Notes: a model not told the origin generated them from the letters alone. A stretch of DNA of 64,000 nt from Blastocystis sp. Blastoise (GCA_039096225.1 JBBPEB010000033.1:1-64000); one strand, 5' to 3'. Positions 1 to 18,848 are shown, numbered from the stretch's first letter. Made by a program: numbers and translations.

Positions 1-3156
<3,156 letters not shown>

Positions 3157-3232
3157 GTATATATATATATATATATATATAATTATTATTATTATTATTA
3201 TTATTTTCTTTATTATTATTATTATTATTTTC

Positions 3233-3270
<38 letters not shown>

Positions 3271-5102
3271 GAGTATTCTTTATAAGACTAATGAATTACC
3301 CCTCTAATTATTAATATTTATTTTTATTTCTAAAATATTTTCTATATATAGATTCTAAAGGAGATAATTCTAGACCAAATAATCAGCATATAAACTCTAA
3401 GAAGATAAATAAGATTGATATAAATAGATCAAATATGAATAATATAAATAAAGATAATAATAATAAGAAACAGATGAATCGAATCTCTCTCTTAAAGATA
3501 ATTCTATTTCTATAAATAATAATAATATGCATTCAAATAAACATCGTAAAGAATCAAATGTTTCTAATTCTTCATCTTCTTCATCTTTATTTTCTTCTCA
3601 AGATAAAACTATAAATAATTCAAAAGATATATCAAATAATAAGAATAATTCTTCTGTTAAAGGTAATACTATTCGTGATTCTTCTAAAGATAGTATAAAT
3701 GATATGAATTATATGAATAATAGAAATCATAGTATTGATTATTCAAATATAAATAATATACAAGAAGAGGAAAAAGCAACAAAAGAAGATAGTATACCAG
3801 AACAAAAAGAACAAAAAGAAGAAAAAAAATAGAAAAACATAAAGAAAAAGAGACAAAAGAAGAAAGAAAAGAAGAAAATGATGATGAAGAAGAAGAAGAA
3901 ATAAAAGAAAGAGAAGAAGAAGAAGAAAAAAGAAGATAATGATAATGATGATGATACTACAAGTATAATAACAGATACCGATAGAGTATCCAATCCTATT
4001 ATTCGTGGCCGTGGTCGTGGACGTGGTAAATTACGATCTCATAGAAGAGGAAGAGGAAGAGGTTCATTCTATCATTATGATGATAGTGATAATCAAAGTG
4101 AAAATGAAAATGATGAAACATTTGAAATAGATAATGATAAAAATGATAAAAAAGAAAATTATCATTCTATTTCACGTCATAATTATGATTCTACTTATAA
4201 TATAGATGGAAATGATTTAGATAAATATAAACGTAAAGGTATAAATATGAAATTAAAAAAGAATAAACGTCGTAATAATGATGATGATAGTTCTGATGAT
4301 TATGTAAAACATAGAAGGAATAATATTTCTAAAGAATCTTTAAAAAAGAAAATCAAGTATTAAAAGTGATTATTCTTCTATAAGTAAATCAAAAGAAGAT
4401 AGTATAAAGAGTTCTACTATAAATAATTCTATAAAAAATAATTCTATTCATATTAATAAACCATTATCTTCAATAGATGGTAAAACATTATTAGATCTAG
4501 AAGGATCTACTCATAAAAATTCACGATTATTTGAAGAATATCATTCTATGGATTTATCAAATGAAACTAATAATAATAATAATGAGAAGAATGGAATAAA
4601 ATATGAATATGATAAAAAGAAATCTATAATATATAATAAAGGATGTTTATTAGATTGTATTATAAATGGATATTGGTTAATATTAGATATAATAGATATT
4701 CATATTGATAAGATACTTACAATATTGAATTCTTTATTAGAAGAGAATCCTTATTATATATATAGAGATATAAATAATAATGAGTATCATTATACGATGA
4801 ATGGTGAATATGGATATTTTATTCATCCTTCTTTTCGAATTCTATTTCGATTTCATGAGAATACTTTAAATAATATATCTTTATCTCTTATAGATCGATG
4901 TATAATATTAAATATACCATATATATCAAAAGAAGAAATATATAAAGAGATTCAAGATAAATATAATATAAATTCATTGTTTTCTTTGGAATCAATAATG
5001 AAGAATACTATATCTTATAAATTATTTAGAGATACAATAGAATCGATTGATATTTCTATAATGAAAGGTAATGATAATAATGTGGATAATTGTGTTAAGA
5101 AA

Positions 5103-5480
5103 TCAATAAATAATTCAATAAATAATTCTATAAATAATTCTATAAATAATTCAATAAATAATTCAATAAATAATTCAATAAATAATTCATTAAATAATTC
5201 ATTAAATAATTCATTAAATAATTCATTAAATAATTCTATAAATAATTCAATAAATAATTCTATAAATAATTCTATAAATAATTCAATAAATAATTCTATA
5301 AATAATTCTATAAATAATTCATTAAATAATTCTATAAATAATTCATTAAATAATTCTATAAATAATTCATTAAATAATTCATTAAATAATTCATTAAATA
5401 ATTCAATAAATAATTCATTAAATAATTCAATAAACAATTCATTAAATAATTCATTAAATAATTCATTAAATAATTCATTA
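5103..5480. repeat. 12-bp coding minisatellite (AATAATTCWWTA)n encoding NNSI/NNSL
   Basis: About 31 tandem units seen directly; also produces the antisense ELFI/ELFN ORF 5015-5437. Confidence 0.95.
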
Positions 5481-7543
5481 AAATCTTCATCTTTATCTAT
5501 ATGTAATGAATTTCCTAAGACTATTATAAATGATTTATTTATAAATTTAAAAAGTGATTATTCGATAGAAAAAGAAATCAATATGATTCAAATCATAAAA
5601 GAATTATTATATAAATGTAAATATAATGATTTTACAAAGAATGAGATTGATTTATTATATATTTTATTATATAAAGAGAATCATTGGTGTTGTAGTATTA
5701 CTTATCCTGTATTTCTTATATTATATTCTCTTTTATCATTTATGGTGAACGAGATTGGTTTCTCTTAGAGAATACTATTCCTGAAACACAATTATTGAAG
5801 AGATGGTTAGTATTTGATACAAAACAATATAATATAAAAGATATAAAAGATATAGATTCAATGAATAATGCATATATATATGGAAAAGATCCTTGTGATT
5901 ATTATATATTTGAGAATATAGAAGATAAATTGATATTTATATATAAAGTATGTATAGAAGATACCTATATTCCAAATGAATTATTATTATATCGATCCTT
6001 TTATGAATATATATTTGAATATATACAAAATGATAAATCTGTTGATATTCCTATATTTTTACATAAAATAAGTATTTTATTTGAGTTATGGATTCAATTT
6101 GATAAATATATAGAAATATATAAATCAAAGAATATAGAGATTGATATTGATTATATGGATATTTTAAAATATTTAGAAGAATATAATAATATAATAGAAC
6201 AATTACCAAAGACTCTTTCTTTTGTTAAATATATTTATGATAATGAATATAGTAAAAAACAGTTAATATATATAATAGAACATCATATAGATTTATATAA
6301 TATAAAGAGAAGACAAATGAATATGCAATATTTATATTCTTCAATTAATCATTTTAATTTTTCTTCTTCTATTTATGAAAGAATAGAAAGAATATATCCT
6401 TTTGGAATTGATTTTGATACATTACAATATATAATATATATTTTAAATAATAATGATATTATAAATAATAATAAAATTATTAATAATGATAATAATAATA
6501 ATATTATAAATAATAATAAAAATAATAATATAATAAATCTTCCTTCTTTAAATAATAATAATGAATTTGATAGAAAAATATTATTTTGTTTTCCTCAATA
6601 TATTCAATTTTTATATTCAATAGAATTTAATAAATCAGAATATTTACATTTCTTTGAATATTTTGATTTAGGATTATTTTGTTTATATATATATAAATTA
6701 TTAATTCCTTATAAGAAAGAAAAGTATAATAATAATAATAATAATAATAATGATTATATTTCTAATATAGATTATGATATAATAGATACAAATTCTTTAT
6801 TAATATTTGATATTTATATACATCCTAAAATACAAAATATATTACATATGAAATCAATTCCATTTCAAACATCATTTACTATTCATCAATTAATCTCTTT
6901 ATATATCTATATAAATACAATAATGAATTTATATGTATATAATTATTCATTATCTTTAACTTCTTCTATATTAGAATTCATTAAATTTTATCCTCTTTAT
7001 ATTCATACAATTTATTCTATTTCTTCATTAAATATATCATTAGATTCTTTATCATCATTTTTAAATAATAATATCTTAGATAATATCTTAGATAATAATA
7101 ATATATCTATATTTTATGAATATATAACTAATTCTTTCAATTCTAATACTAATAATATAACTAATAATATAGAAAGTATTTTATGTGAATATTATCCTCT
7201 TTTCTTTGAATCTCCTTTTCCTTCTTTTCTATTCTCTATTTATTTGAAGAATCCTTTAATTATGAAAGAACAATATTTATATTATATTCAACATATTCAA
7301 GAAACAACACTTTTTGATTTTTTATTTATATTTGATAGAACAAAAACTATTTATAAAGAATTAAATAATTTTCATGATTTCTATATAAATTTAAATAATA
7401 ATAATAATAATAATAATATATCTTCTATTTCTTTAAATAAAAATGAATCTTCAAATAAATCTTTATTTCCTCTTTATTCTTTTCAAAAGAATATGTATAT
7501 AAATTCTTATATATTATCTTATTATAATTATCTTCATTCATTT

Positions 7544-10500
7544 CACTGGTGGGCAGCTTTTTAAAATCGTGAAAATTCTGGTATGCACCCTAGCTGTTTT
7601 TTGGTATAAAAAAAGTGATTTTCTGGTATATACAGGACTTTTCCTGGTATAAACTTATGGTGGGTTTTGTATTCCTATAGTTACGGGGGATGTATCTTTT
7701 TATGACTACGACTTATTTTTAATGTTTATTTTTGGTATTCCATAATGACAGTGGTTGTATTTACTGTTGATATATATAAGATAAAAATGTTCATAACAAC
7801 ATCTAATTTACATTTTAGACTTTCATTAGGGCTATTTTAGACTGTTTTAAACACATTATTTCTTTGCTTCTTTTAATACATATTTTAGTTGTTTAAGCAT
7901 AAAAAACAATAAAAATAACAAAATACAAAAAAATTAAAGAATAAACAATTAAATAAAGCAAAATATAAAAAACTATTATTTAATTTTGACCGAGGGACTT
8001 TGTTTTCTACTCATATAAGGAACCTATAAAAATATAATTATAGAAATGTAATAAATAAAAGGATAAATAAATACATACAGTTTAAGAGCTCATGGAGAAT
8101 CGCATTTCCTTGAAGCAGAACAACAAGAGAGGTTACCTTTGAAATCAAGTTATTTCTGATCAGCTGATCGTTATAGAAGAAGCTATATTTAGAATCGCCA
8201 AGAGAATCTGTGCTTATTTTTGAATAATTTGAGTTATATATACAAGCTATAGAATAATAGATATAAAAGGAATGAAAAAAATACCATTTTAAAGAAAACA
8301 ACCAACTTTATAAATATTAATAAATATAAAGATATTTGTAAGAATTTTCTTGAAAAAAGAATAAGCATGGCCCTGAATATGAATTTGTATGAAATTTTTT
8401 TATATATAAGAAAAGTTCTAAAATCCAGGGGTTATTTCGACTCTGTAATATTTTTAGTAAAACTTCACTTTGAAGTTAAGAAAAATGTATATATTGATGC
8501 TTATGTAATATGGTTCTTTATAAATATATAAATTGTACTCTGACAATGGTTTTAAGGTTACTGATGAAAAAAACTCTATTCTTGAAGGCAATTACTTTCA
8601 TATTTGTTTTACTTATGAGCTTTATTGACGTTGTAGTGTTGATTGATTGTCAGTGAGTCGTTTTGAGTCAAAACATATACAAATAGGAAACTTTTATCAA
8701 ACTGATTAACAAATACTGAGATAAAATATTTTATTATATTTATGTTTTCTTTTAATAGCAATACACTTGTAGAGATGAATAAGTGCAAAATTAGCTTTTA
8801 AAAAGCTTAATTGAATGGTTTTAAGGTTATTTTCAATTAATAAAATTATTTTCTAAAAATATTATAAATATATATATATAAGCTTTATTTTTAATTATTT
8901 TCATTTAAAAAAGATAATAAAAATTAAAAGATTATGAACTACTATAGATTATACAAAGAGAATTAAGTAAAATAATTTATTAATATTATAATAATAAAAA
9001 AAAAATATATATATAATAATAAAAAGTAAATATATATATAAGAATGAGATAATAAATGATTATGGATTATTTTTTGTTCAGAATAGATATATTTAGCTAT
9101 AGAAACATATATAAATATAAATACAAATATAAATATATACACAGGTAAATTTAAATATATATAAATAAATGAACATAAACAATTTTATATATACATAAAT
9201 AAGTATATATATATATACTGAAACATTAATATATTTCTCTATATCACTAAAACTTCTTTCTTTTTCTCCTTCTTCATTTCTATTTCTTCTTTATTTTATC
9301 TATATATATATATATCAGTTAGTTTAAAATAAAATAAATTAGTAATTAATAATTTCCAAGACCTTTATATACCTAATTATATACATTAATTCTTAATATA
9401 AAAATATAAAGAAAATTCACGGGAATAAGATCTATATATAAATAGATATATTATTTTAAATATTTTGTTAAAAAAAAACATATATATATATATATATATA
9501 TAAATTTCTCTACTAATAAAAAATTATGATATAATAAGAATAACATTATATACTATAGAACAAATAGTAGTACCAGAAAGTATACAATATAAGTTATCTT
9601 GAGTATTTAAAAAGGAATAATAGATTCTAACACTATATATACTTATATAAAAATAAATATAGACAAATATATATACATATATATAGAATAGTAGCTAAAT
9701 AATAATAATAATAATTATATATATATACATATCTTTACTTGTTTTATAGACATAATATACACTTATTGTAAACTTCATTTTTCTTTTAAAAAAGAATAAA
9801 TAAATTTAACTATATATATATTATAATAAAAATCAATAAAGATATATTAATTATGATATATATACTTATATGTATAATTTTGAGTTTTTATTTTTTTCAT
9901 ATCATAACTTATTTAATACTCAATAAATGTATATAATATTTCTTTGATACATTCATAAAATATAGCTATAGATAGAGAGAGATATAATAATAATTTTATT
10001 GTATATAGTAATATAAAATGTTATATATAAAGAATAATAATAGTAATATTTCTTTTAATAATATACATAATAGTATCTTAAATCATATAAAAATAATTAA
10101 CTAGAAGAAGAAGATGTTTTTGTTTGCTCATTATAACTTATTTATCATCTTCTTTTAATGATATTCAGCTAATTATAATAGCTATATATAATAATATAAA
10201 TATTTAAAAATATTATAAATAAAAATATACGTTTATAATAATGTAATTACTCTATATAATTCCCAAATAAATTCATATCTTTATAAACAATAAAAATATA
10301 TAAATAAACACAATCTTATTATAATTGATACACGTCTATCTATATCTATATTTCTATCTATCTATATAATACAAATAGTAATAATAAAAATAAATAAATA
10401 GAATAAAAGTATTACTAGTAATAAATACATATATACTTTTCTATTAGTATCTATGCCTTACTATTCTATATAAAAACTTCAATCTATAATGCAGTACATA

Positions 10501-12987
10501 TCCATATAGTGTATCTAAAGGAATAAGAAAAGATGATATCAATCTATGTCAAATAAAGAAGAAAGATATTCACCAAAATCCATCATTATATCATCATAAC
10601 AATAACATCTTTTTCATCATTTTTAAAAGATAAAGATAATAGGATACCTATATATGATATTCCTAGTAACTGATAATAAACTATTTTTTTATATAAATAC
10701 AGAGAATCTAACACTTAAACAACTCGATTCTTATTATATTCATCAGGAAGAGAAACAATAAGAAAAAATACAGGTTTGACCAAGAGAGAGACTTAAGAAC
10801 CAATTGAAGATCTATATAAACTATCTATTAATAGAAATATATTAATCATACCTTATAAACCAAGAAATTGAAAACCTTATATACTCTCTCAACTTCTATT
10901 ACATACTATTTAAAACTATATATATATAATAGTTTATTATACAATAATATGATTTAAATGTATATAAGTATTATATATATATACAAAAAAAGATTAATTC
11001 ATATAAAGATATTTACTAATAAATTTATTCTCCAAATCGTTATTATTATTAGGAATAAAAACATTTATATCTTTACTGATGAGAATAACATAAAATTATC
11101 TACTTCTTATTATCCTGAAGAACTATATATAGATAATATAGATTAATATATAATAATATATAGAATAATAATAAACAATATAATAATAATATATATGTAT
11201 AAAATATATATATATAATAATATATTTAATAATAGATATACACATAATTATATATATATATATCACGAAGATTCTAATAATCAACATAATAATAGACTTC
11301 TTCATTAATTATCATTTATTATATCCTTCTATAGATATAGATATATAATAAATATATTATAGTATACTATATTATTTCTATTAAATTATATATATATATA
11401 TATATACCATATTATAACGGAAACAAGTAGTAATAACCTCTATTCTATATTCATAAGGATTAAGTCTCAATATTCTAATAGAATTCAATGCCTATATATA
11501 TAATTTGATTTTTTTTACATATTTTTAAAATAAATATATAAAATATATATATATATTAAAAAAGAATAAAAATAATAATAAAATATATATATATATACAA
11601 TAAATTTTTATAATAAACTTTGAGATATTTGTTTAACGAATCAACTAATACTATATAAACAATAAATAGAATGAATATATAAAATATAAAAAAAACTATA
11701 AGAATAAATATATATTTCTACTAATAAATACTATAAGACCTATATATACAAAACTATAGATAAAAGTAAATAATTAAATTAAAAATAAATAATTATATAA
11801 AACAATACTATTTAATATATATCTGAATTAAATATATCAAATAAATTAAATAAAATAACATAAAAATAATAATAATAAAAATATTTATATATACCTAAAA
11901 AATGAAAAGGAAGAATTTTCTTTTTTAATTAAACCACTTTTTCAAGATTCGATAACTACCCTAGAGTAATATAGATAGTGAATAAAGTAAAATAAATAAA
12001 AGAATAAATAAAAATAAATATATACAGAAATGAATGTCTCCCATTCTCTCACTTTTGTTTTGATTTGAATTTATTTTGATTTAAAATCGTCAACCATTAG
12101 TACATAAGTGATTTGAAGAATCTCATTCAATTACAACCTAAATAAATAAAATAGAAATTAGACAAAATTATTATATTTTATATTTATATACTTTTGAAGA
12201 GACCTGTGTGACTAAAGTGAAGGCTTGAAACTGTTAGTGACACCTATAAGTTCTAAAAATAAATAAACGATAACATAATTACTGATTAAGTATTTGTATA
12301 TAAAATAATTATAAAATATTTACTAGTATAAAGGTTCACAGACTTCCTGAGATAGTTGATGCTCGAAAATAAATGAAAAGCAATCAACAAAGCTGGATAA
12401 GCTTAAAAATAAATTTTTGATTTTTTAAAGAAATAAATTTTTTTTATACATTTTTTCTTTTGTTAGTTAAAGACTTTTTTTCGACCGATTTTTTTCTTTT
12501 TTTTGTCTTAAACTGAACTCAAACCCTAACCCTAACCCTAGACAAGAAAAATGGTCCACCAGTGACAATTTTCTGACATTCATAAGAATGGCAACTTTAT
12601 CATAATTCACATTCAATTCTATGTTCTTTCGAGTCTGTGAATTCGTTAGTATACGTGAATAATTCAATTAAGTAAATTGCCGAACAAAATTAAAAATGAT
12701 TGTCCTAGATATTGTGGATAATTTCTTGAATATGTTATAGAAAGTCTTAAATTATCAGTTAATATACAAATAAAACATCTTACTATCAGTTTCTTAGATA
12801 TAAATATATAAATATAAAACAACGAATTTATATGAGTGTCCACACAACATTATACCAAGTTTATTTTTGTTTTTGTGGTATAAATTACTTTCGTCGGTAT
12901 AAAAAAAATTAAAGACCGATTTTTTCGTAATTTTGGTATAAATTTATGGGGAACCTGGTATAAAAGGGAAAAAGCTGCCCACCAGTG
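7544..12987. mobile_element. Non-autonomous CACTA/EnSpm-superfamily (CACTG-ended) DNA transposon, 5444 bp
   Basis: Perfect 19-bp TIR CACTGGTGGGCAGCTTTTT (7544-7562) / AAAAAGCTGCCCACCAGTG (12969-12987). 3-bp TSD TTT (7541-7543, 12988-12990). Subterminal GGTATA motifs at both ends. Removal restores the host reading frame. No long ORF inside. Confidence 0.93.
12522..12540 (-). repeat. Interstitial telomere-like (TTAGGG)3
   Basis: AACCCTAACCCTAACCCTA on the + strand. Confidence 0.8.
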
Positions 12988-15900
12988 TTTCATTCAGATA
13001 TTTCTTCTATATCTTCATTATCTCTTTATTTAATTCATACATCTATTCCTATAAATCAAAAATATATATTTTTATCTCCTTCTCATTATACATATATATC
13101 TTTATTCTTATTAGAATGTTTATCTCATTGTATATCATTACCATCTAATCCTGAAACTATTACAGATATATATACTTATATGAATACAATATATAATAAT
13201 AATGATAATAATAATTTAATGAATATGAATTTATTTCTTTATAATTTCAAACAAGAAATATCTACAATATTAGATTCTACAAAAGATATAAATAAGAATA
13301 CTATTCAATTTTATAGAACAGAAACATTAATTCTATATATAGATCAATATGATGATGCTCCTCTTTTTTATATAAATAGAAATAATTCTTCATTAAGAAA
13401 TATAAATAATAATAATAAAGAAGTAAAGAATATATTTAATATCGATATTGGTACATATTTTAAAAGTTATTCTGATTGTTCTTTCTTTTTACCTATATTG
13501 AATCCTTATGATTATCCATTATATTTTAGTTCTACTACAATGAATCTTTCTTTAAAGAAAAATGAATATCTTTGTTGTACACTTAAAGAAGATTTTATGA
13601 AATTAGAATATAATAATAATAATAATAATAATATATATTATAATATATATTTAAATATTCCATATATAAATAAAGAATCATCTTTATATGAAGAGAAACA
13701 ATATATTATAAATATATCATTTAAAATTAGTGCAAGTCGTCAATATTTAAGTATATCTCCTTGTTGTTGTTTATATGTTGATAATACTATTGAAAATAAA
13801 CAATATATAATGATTCATAAAGATAGAATGACTATATCTACAATTCATGATTCTAATATTAATTTGAATATAGAGAAACTTCCTATAAATAATGAATATA
13901 TATTACAACCTATAGGATGTTCAATATTATTAAATAGTAAGACACAAGGAACTCAATCTTTATTTTATATAGAGAATAATCGTTTATTTGATATTTCTGA
14001 TCCTGTTCAATATCCTCATTCAAAACCTATATTACGATCTACTAATGTTTGTTCTTCTGTTATATATGATTCTATACAATTATTTTATTCAAAGAATAAT
14101 AATATTCGATATTTATATAATAATAGATCCTTTATAGATCTTTTATTTTATCTTAATAATAGTGAATTTTTATTGTTAATAGATAAAGAAGAAATGAATA
14201 AAGTAATGAATTTATTAGAAGAATTTTCTGATATTTATTATTGTTTATCCTTTTCTATGATGATTCAAAATATTTTATCTTGTATTCATAGATTATTAAA
14301 GGAAGATGTATGGTATACATTACCATTATATGATGAATATAAGATCAATAATCAATATAGTAAATATGAATTGAATAATAAAGATAAATTAGATGAAAAA
14401 AATCAAATAATTGATGAATATATATTAGAATATAATAATAATAATAAACAAAATAATAATAATAATAAACAAAATAATAATAATAATAAACAAAATAATA
14501 ATAATAATAAACAAAATAATAATAAAATTATTTTAATAAGAGATTTAAATATTTATAATAAGAATAAAAATGATATAAATATTTGTTTAAATAATTATAC
14601 TTATCAAATAGAAAATTACATTTCAATAGATATTCCTAAAGAATATATTTCATTTTCTATTTCTGAATATTATCAAATGTTCTTTAAACGATCTTCTATT
14701 TCATATTTTTCTTATATTCCTATATTACTTTTATCTTCAATTAAAACTTATAAATTAATAGAAAAAGAAAATCATACAATTGATGAAGATTCTTCTTTAG
14801 TACTTTCTCATTATATAATATCCTTATGTCCATTAATATCTCGATGGCTTTCTTCTTTCTTTATATTTCTATCAAATAATAAAAATAAAGAAAATATATT
14901 TATTTCTTCTATATGTATACTTATTGATTCATCAATTACAATAACATATAAAATGAGATCTTATCGTTCTTTATTATTATGTATTCTCTATTTATTTTTT
15001 AAATCACTTCATATTGAAATGATATTATATATTTGTTATACTGAAGATCATTTCTATAGAATTCAAATAAATCCTTTATCTTCATTATTTGAATATATAT
15101 CATTCTTCTTAGATCTTTCAAAAATATCTAAATTTATTTGTTCTCCATTTCATTATTTATCTATATATATACATAAAGAGATAAAAGAATCGAATATAGA
15201 AGATTTTCTTTCTGAAGATATTCCATGTATTTTTATATCTGATTGTTTATCTGAATTATGTATATATCCTAAAGATAATATATATAAACAGATTCGATCT
15301 ATCTTATCAAAAATATATATATTTCATATAAAGAATGATGATATTTCAATACAAGAAGAGAAAGAACTTGAAATCTCATTGAATTCTTTATTTCCTTCTC
15401 ATATTACTCATTATAATACTACTATTGATTCTATATCTATAATATCAGATACATTTCTTTCTTTTCTTTGGAATTCAATAGAAGATATAAATAGAAAGAA
15501 AATAAATATTGATAATCATAATTATTCTTATATTCCTTTTTTAATATCATCTATTTCTTATTCTTCTTTAAATAATAAGAATATTATATTATCTTCATTT
15601 ATGAAGAATCCTATATTTCCTTCTTCAAATCAATCTATTCATTATTTATTATATTCAAAAATATCATCATTATCATTATCTTCTTTATCTTCTTTATCTT
15701 CTTTATCTTCTATATCTTCTATATCTTCTTCATTATTATTTTATTTTCCTAATATAGATACATGTATTGATTTTAATTTTTTACTTCAATCTATTCATCC
15801 TCTTTCATTTACTTATTTATTTTCTTCTTTTTTATTTCCTATTAATGAGAATAATTTATGGTCTCCTTCATATTTTGGAGAAACTATTTATATGAAGAAT

Positions 15901-16748
15901 TATATACAATCATTAATTGATCCTTATAATATATATAAGATATTTAAGAAATATAATCGAGGAGATAAGAGACATTATAGTATATCTATAATAATAGATA
16001 ATTCTCCAATTGCTTTTAATATAAGTAATATATTATTTTCTATTCAAATAATATTTACAATTTTATATAGTTTATCTGAATGTAATATTGAATATATAGA
16101 TATATGGATAAATAATAAAGAGAGTATATATATAGCAACAGGAATATCATCTAAAGAATTGATGTCTGCTTCTATTCTTTCTAGTTTATTTTATATATTT
16201 GAGACTCCATCAGAAATGAATATGAATATGTATAATACAATAAATATTGCTTCATCGTTATTATTGTCTCGATCTATTCCTTCTTTTCTTTTTATATTTA
16301 GTGATAATTATTATATATATAATTATGAAGAAGAATATAGAGATTTATATAATTTAATAAATCGATATATTCCAATAATAGCAATAGGTATTGGATATTC
16401 GATATATATATGTAAAGATATCTATCCAGTATTTTTATATGGATCTACAATAGAAGAATTGAATGATATGTTTAATCGATATATAGAAGAGAAGAATAAG
16501 AAAGAGAGATTATATAATATAGAGAATGAGATAGTATATAATATATATAGTATATTTGAAGAGAATGAAAGAAGATGGTTAGATGATTTTTTAATAAATC
16601 AATTACAAGTATATAATCCTATTCATAAAGATTTTATACATTTATTAGAATCATTACCAAATTATTTTGAAGAGATTTTAGTTGTTCAAGAAGATAATGA
16701 TAATGATAATATAATAAAAATAATTATATAATAAAAAATATTTTATAG

Positions 16749-17345
16749 GTACATGTGTATTAAATGAAGGTGATTGTCCATTACTATCAAATTGTCCTGA
16801 GAATCTTCCTTATCATTGTTATAATGATTTATGTGTATCTTCTCCTCTTTATTGTGAAACATTAAATATAACATTATTTTCATCTCTTCCTTCTCCTTCT
16901 CCTCTTTCTTTTTCTTCTATTACATTATGTCCTGATGGATCTTTTCGTGATATTTCTCTTTGTCCTCCTATTCCTCCTTGTCCTACTACATCTCCTAAAA
17001 GATGTCCTAATGGTATTTGTGTATATATCAATATGGATTGTAATTCTATATTTATATCACCATCAGGACAACAAGTAGGAAGATCTATTTATTCACCTTA
17101 TCATTATTATGATTATTCTATTTATTCTAAAGAAAAATCAAATCAAATTAATATTCATTATGATTCTACTACATTATCTATTTTTATTCATATTCTATAT
17201 TCAAATAATAATACATATAGTTGTTTTATATCTACATATCAATTATGTTCAGATGGTATTTGTAGATTAACATGTCCTATTACTTATGGATGTATGAACA
17301 ATCAATTAAGATGTCCTGATTCTACATGTATATCTTTCACTTCAA
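16749..17345 (+). pseudogene. Fragment (single exon) of a Cys-rich repeat extracellular-type protein
   Basis: Follows acceptor TTTTATAG. Open frame GTCVLNEGDCP..CPENLPYHCYNDLC..LCPDGS..CPTTSPKRCPNGIC..LCSDGICRLTCPITYGC..RCPDSTC. Ends abruptly at about 17345; no start codon or upstream exons evident. Confidence 0.6.
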
Positions 17346-18848
17346 AGGCAATAGTAGCGTAGAAACATTTCTACTAATGAATACAATAACAAATGTTCAA
17401 ATATTCAAATTTGGTGTTTAGAATTATCAATGTGAAAAAGTAATAATCATATAGATCTAGAAGATACTTTATTCTTATTATTTTTTTTCTTCATTTTTCT
17501 TCTTTTCTGATTCTTTAAGTTTGCTTTTAAAACTATAGTATTATACTATAGTAATTATGCCGTTTTAATTATTAAACAGAAATCGATGCTATGTTATGAT
17601 ACTAAAATATAATATCGATTATCAAAAAAGAACATATTTTTGTTTGATTATGTTATCATAAAAATGATGTTATATATGACTAATAAATGATATAATTGCT
17701 GAATGGATAATGATAATAATATATAAAGAATACAGTTATCAATAAGATATTAGAAATTATTATTATTCTTTATTATCTTAACTATCATATATAGATGTAT
17801 ATTTAACAGAATTTCTATATATTTGAAATTATTTCTATTAAACTTTTCATTATCATTGTTGAATCCATCTTTGTACATTTAGCAAACTTCATATACTAAC
17901 ATTAATTCATTAATGAGTTGAATTAACGTTTTATCATGCTTAACTTCATTATTACCCTTATATATATGATATATCATACTATTCAAATTACTATTACATA
18001 TTTAATATATTCTATTTACTTACTATGATTTCTTATAAACTGTAATACCTTCGTCAATTTTTGTCATATCTTATATTTTATTGAATTACGTTATGATCTT
18101 CTCATTATTGTGTCCTCTTATATTATTTTGTTTTATCATTAGTTTTATCAATAATATTATGGTTATTGAACAAAATATATTATTTTAGCCTATATCATCA
18201 TACATATAATCAACTACATGTCGAGTACTTGTTATATCCTCTGTTCTTATTCTTCAATCGCAATATCAAGTCATTACTTATGTTTATGACTTCTAGGTTG
18301 ATGATTATATGTAATGTTTTTGTTTAAATATTTTTAATCTTCTACTATATGACTTTTTCAAGTCTTTAAGAATCATTATATACTCTATGATTATTATATA
18401 CTCTTATTCCAGCTACTATTTATTTCATATGTATCATCGTATTTAAGGTTAATTCTCATTCTTTTATATTATAATATCCTTCTATATGTATATCAATCAT
18501 CCCAATAAGATTCAAGAAATTTCAAATTTTTCAGACTCTTGTGATATGATACATAAAAATTGTCAGCTCTTCCCTACACTATAATTCTTTAATTGATTAA
18601 AGTTATCTCATATATTTAATTTTAAATATTATATCAGTTGGTAATTTTGATATTATTGTTACCTCAATAAATGGTATTATTCAAAACAATAATTATCTAA
18701 TTTAAAATATTACATAATATAGATGATATAAGATTCAAAAATTTAATACATAAAAATATAAAGAAAACAATTAAAAAAGAATATATATATATAGCTAAAA
18801 GCTCTTATACAAATATGGTGTTTAACACTCTATAAACGATCAAGTATC

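Larger units (their letters stand above)
3352..16731 (+). pseudogene. Large Asn-rich midasin-like (AAA + VWA) gene, disrupted by stops, frameshifts and a transposon insertion
   Basis: Midasin-type AAA motifs GCLLDCIINGYWLILD..ILNSLLE..IHPSFRILF..SLIDRC at about 4640-4910. C-terminal FGETIYMKNYIQ..KIFKKYNRGDKRHYSISIIIDNS resembles the pre-MIDAS/VWA region of midasin. Stops at about 3830 and 3902; frameshifts at about 4345 and 5760. ORFs 5795-7543 and 12991-16731 join in frame (LHSF-HSDISS) once the 7544-12987 element and one TSD copy are removed. The 5' low-complexity part (3352-4550) may belong to another gene. Confidence 0.65.

Noticed and set aside
17355-17374. 15-bp match TAGCGTAGAAACATT to 20386-20400, small hairpin GTAGAAA-CA-TTTCTAC as a Helitron end, and CACTT at 17338 as a CACTA end
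   Set aside because: The match is plausible by chance in 64 kb of AT-rich DNA; there is no properly spaced CTRR terminus; no partner TIR or TSD was found.
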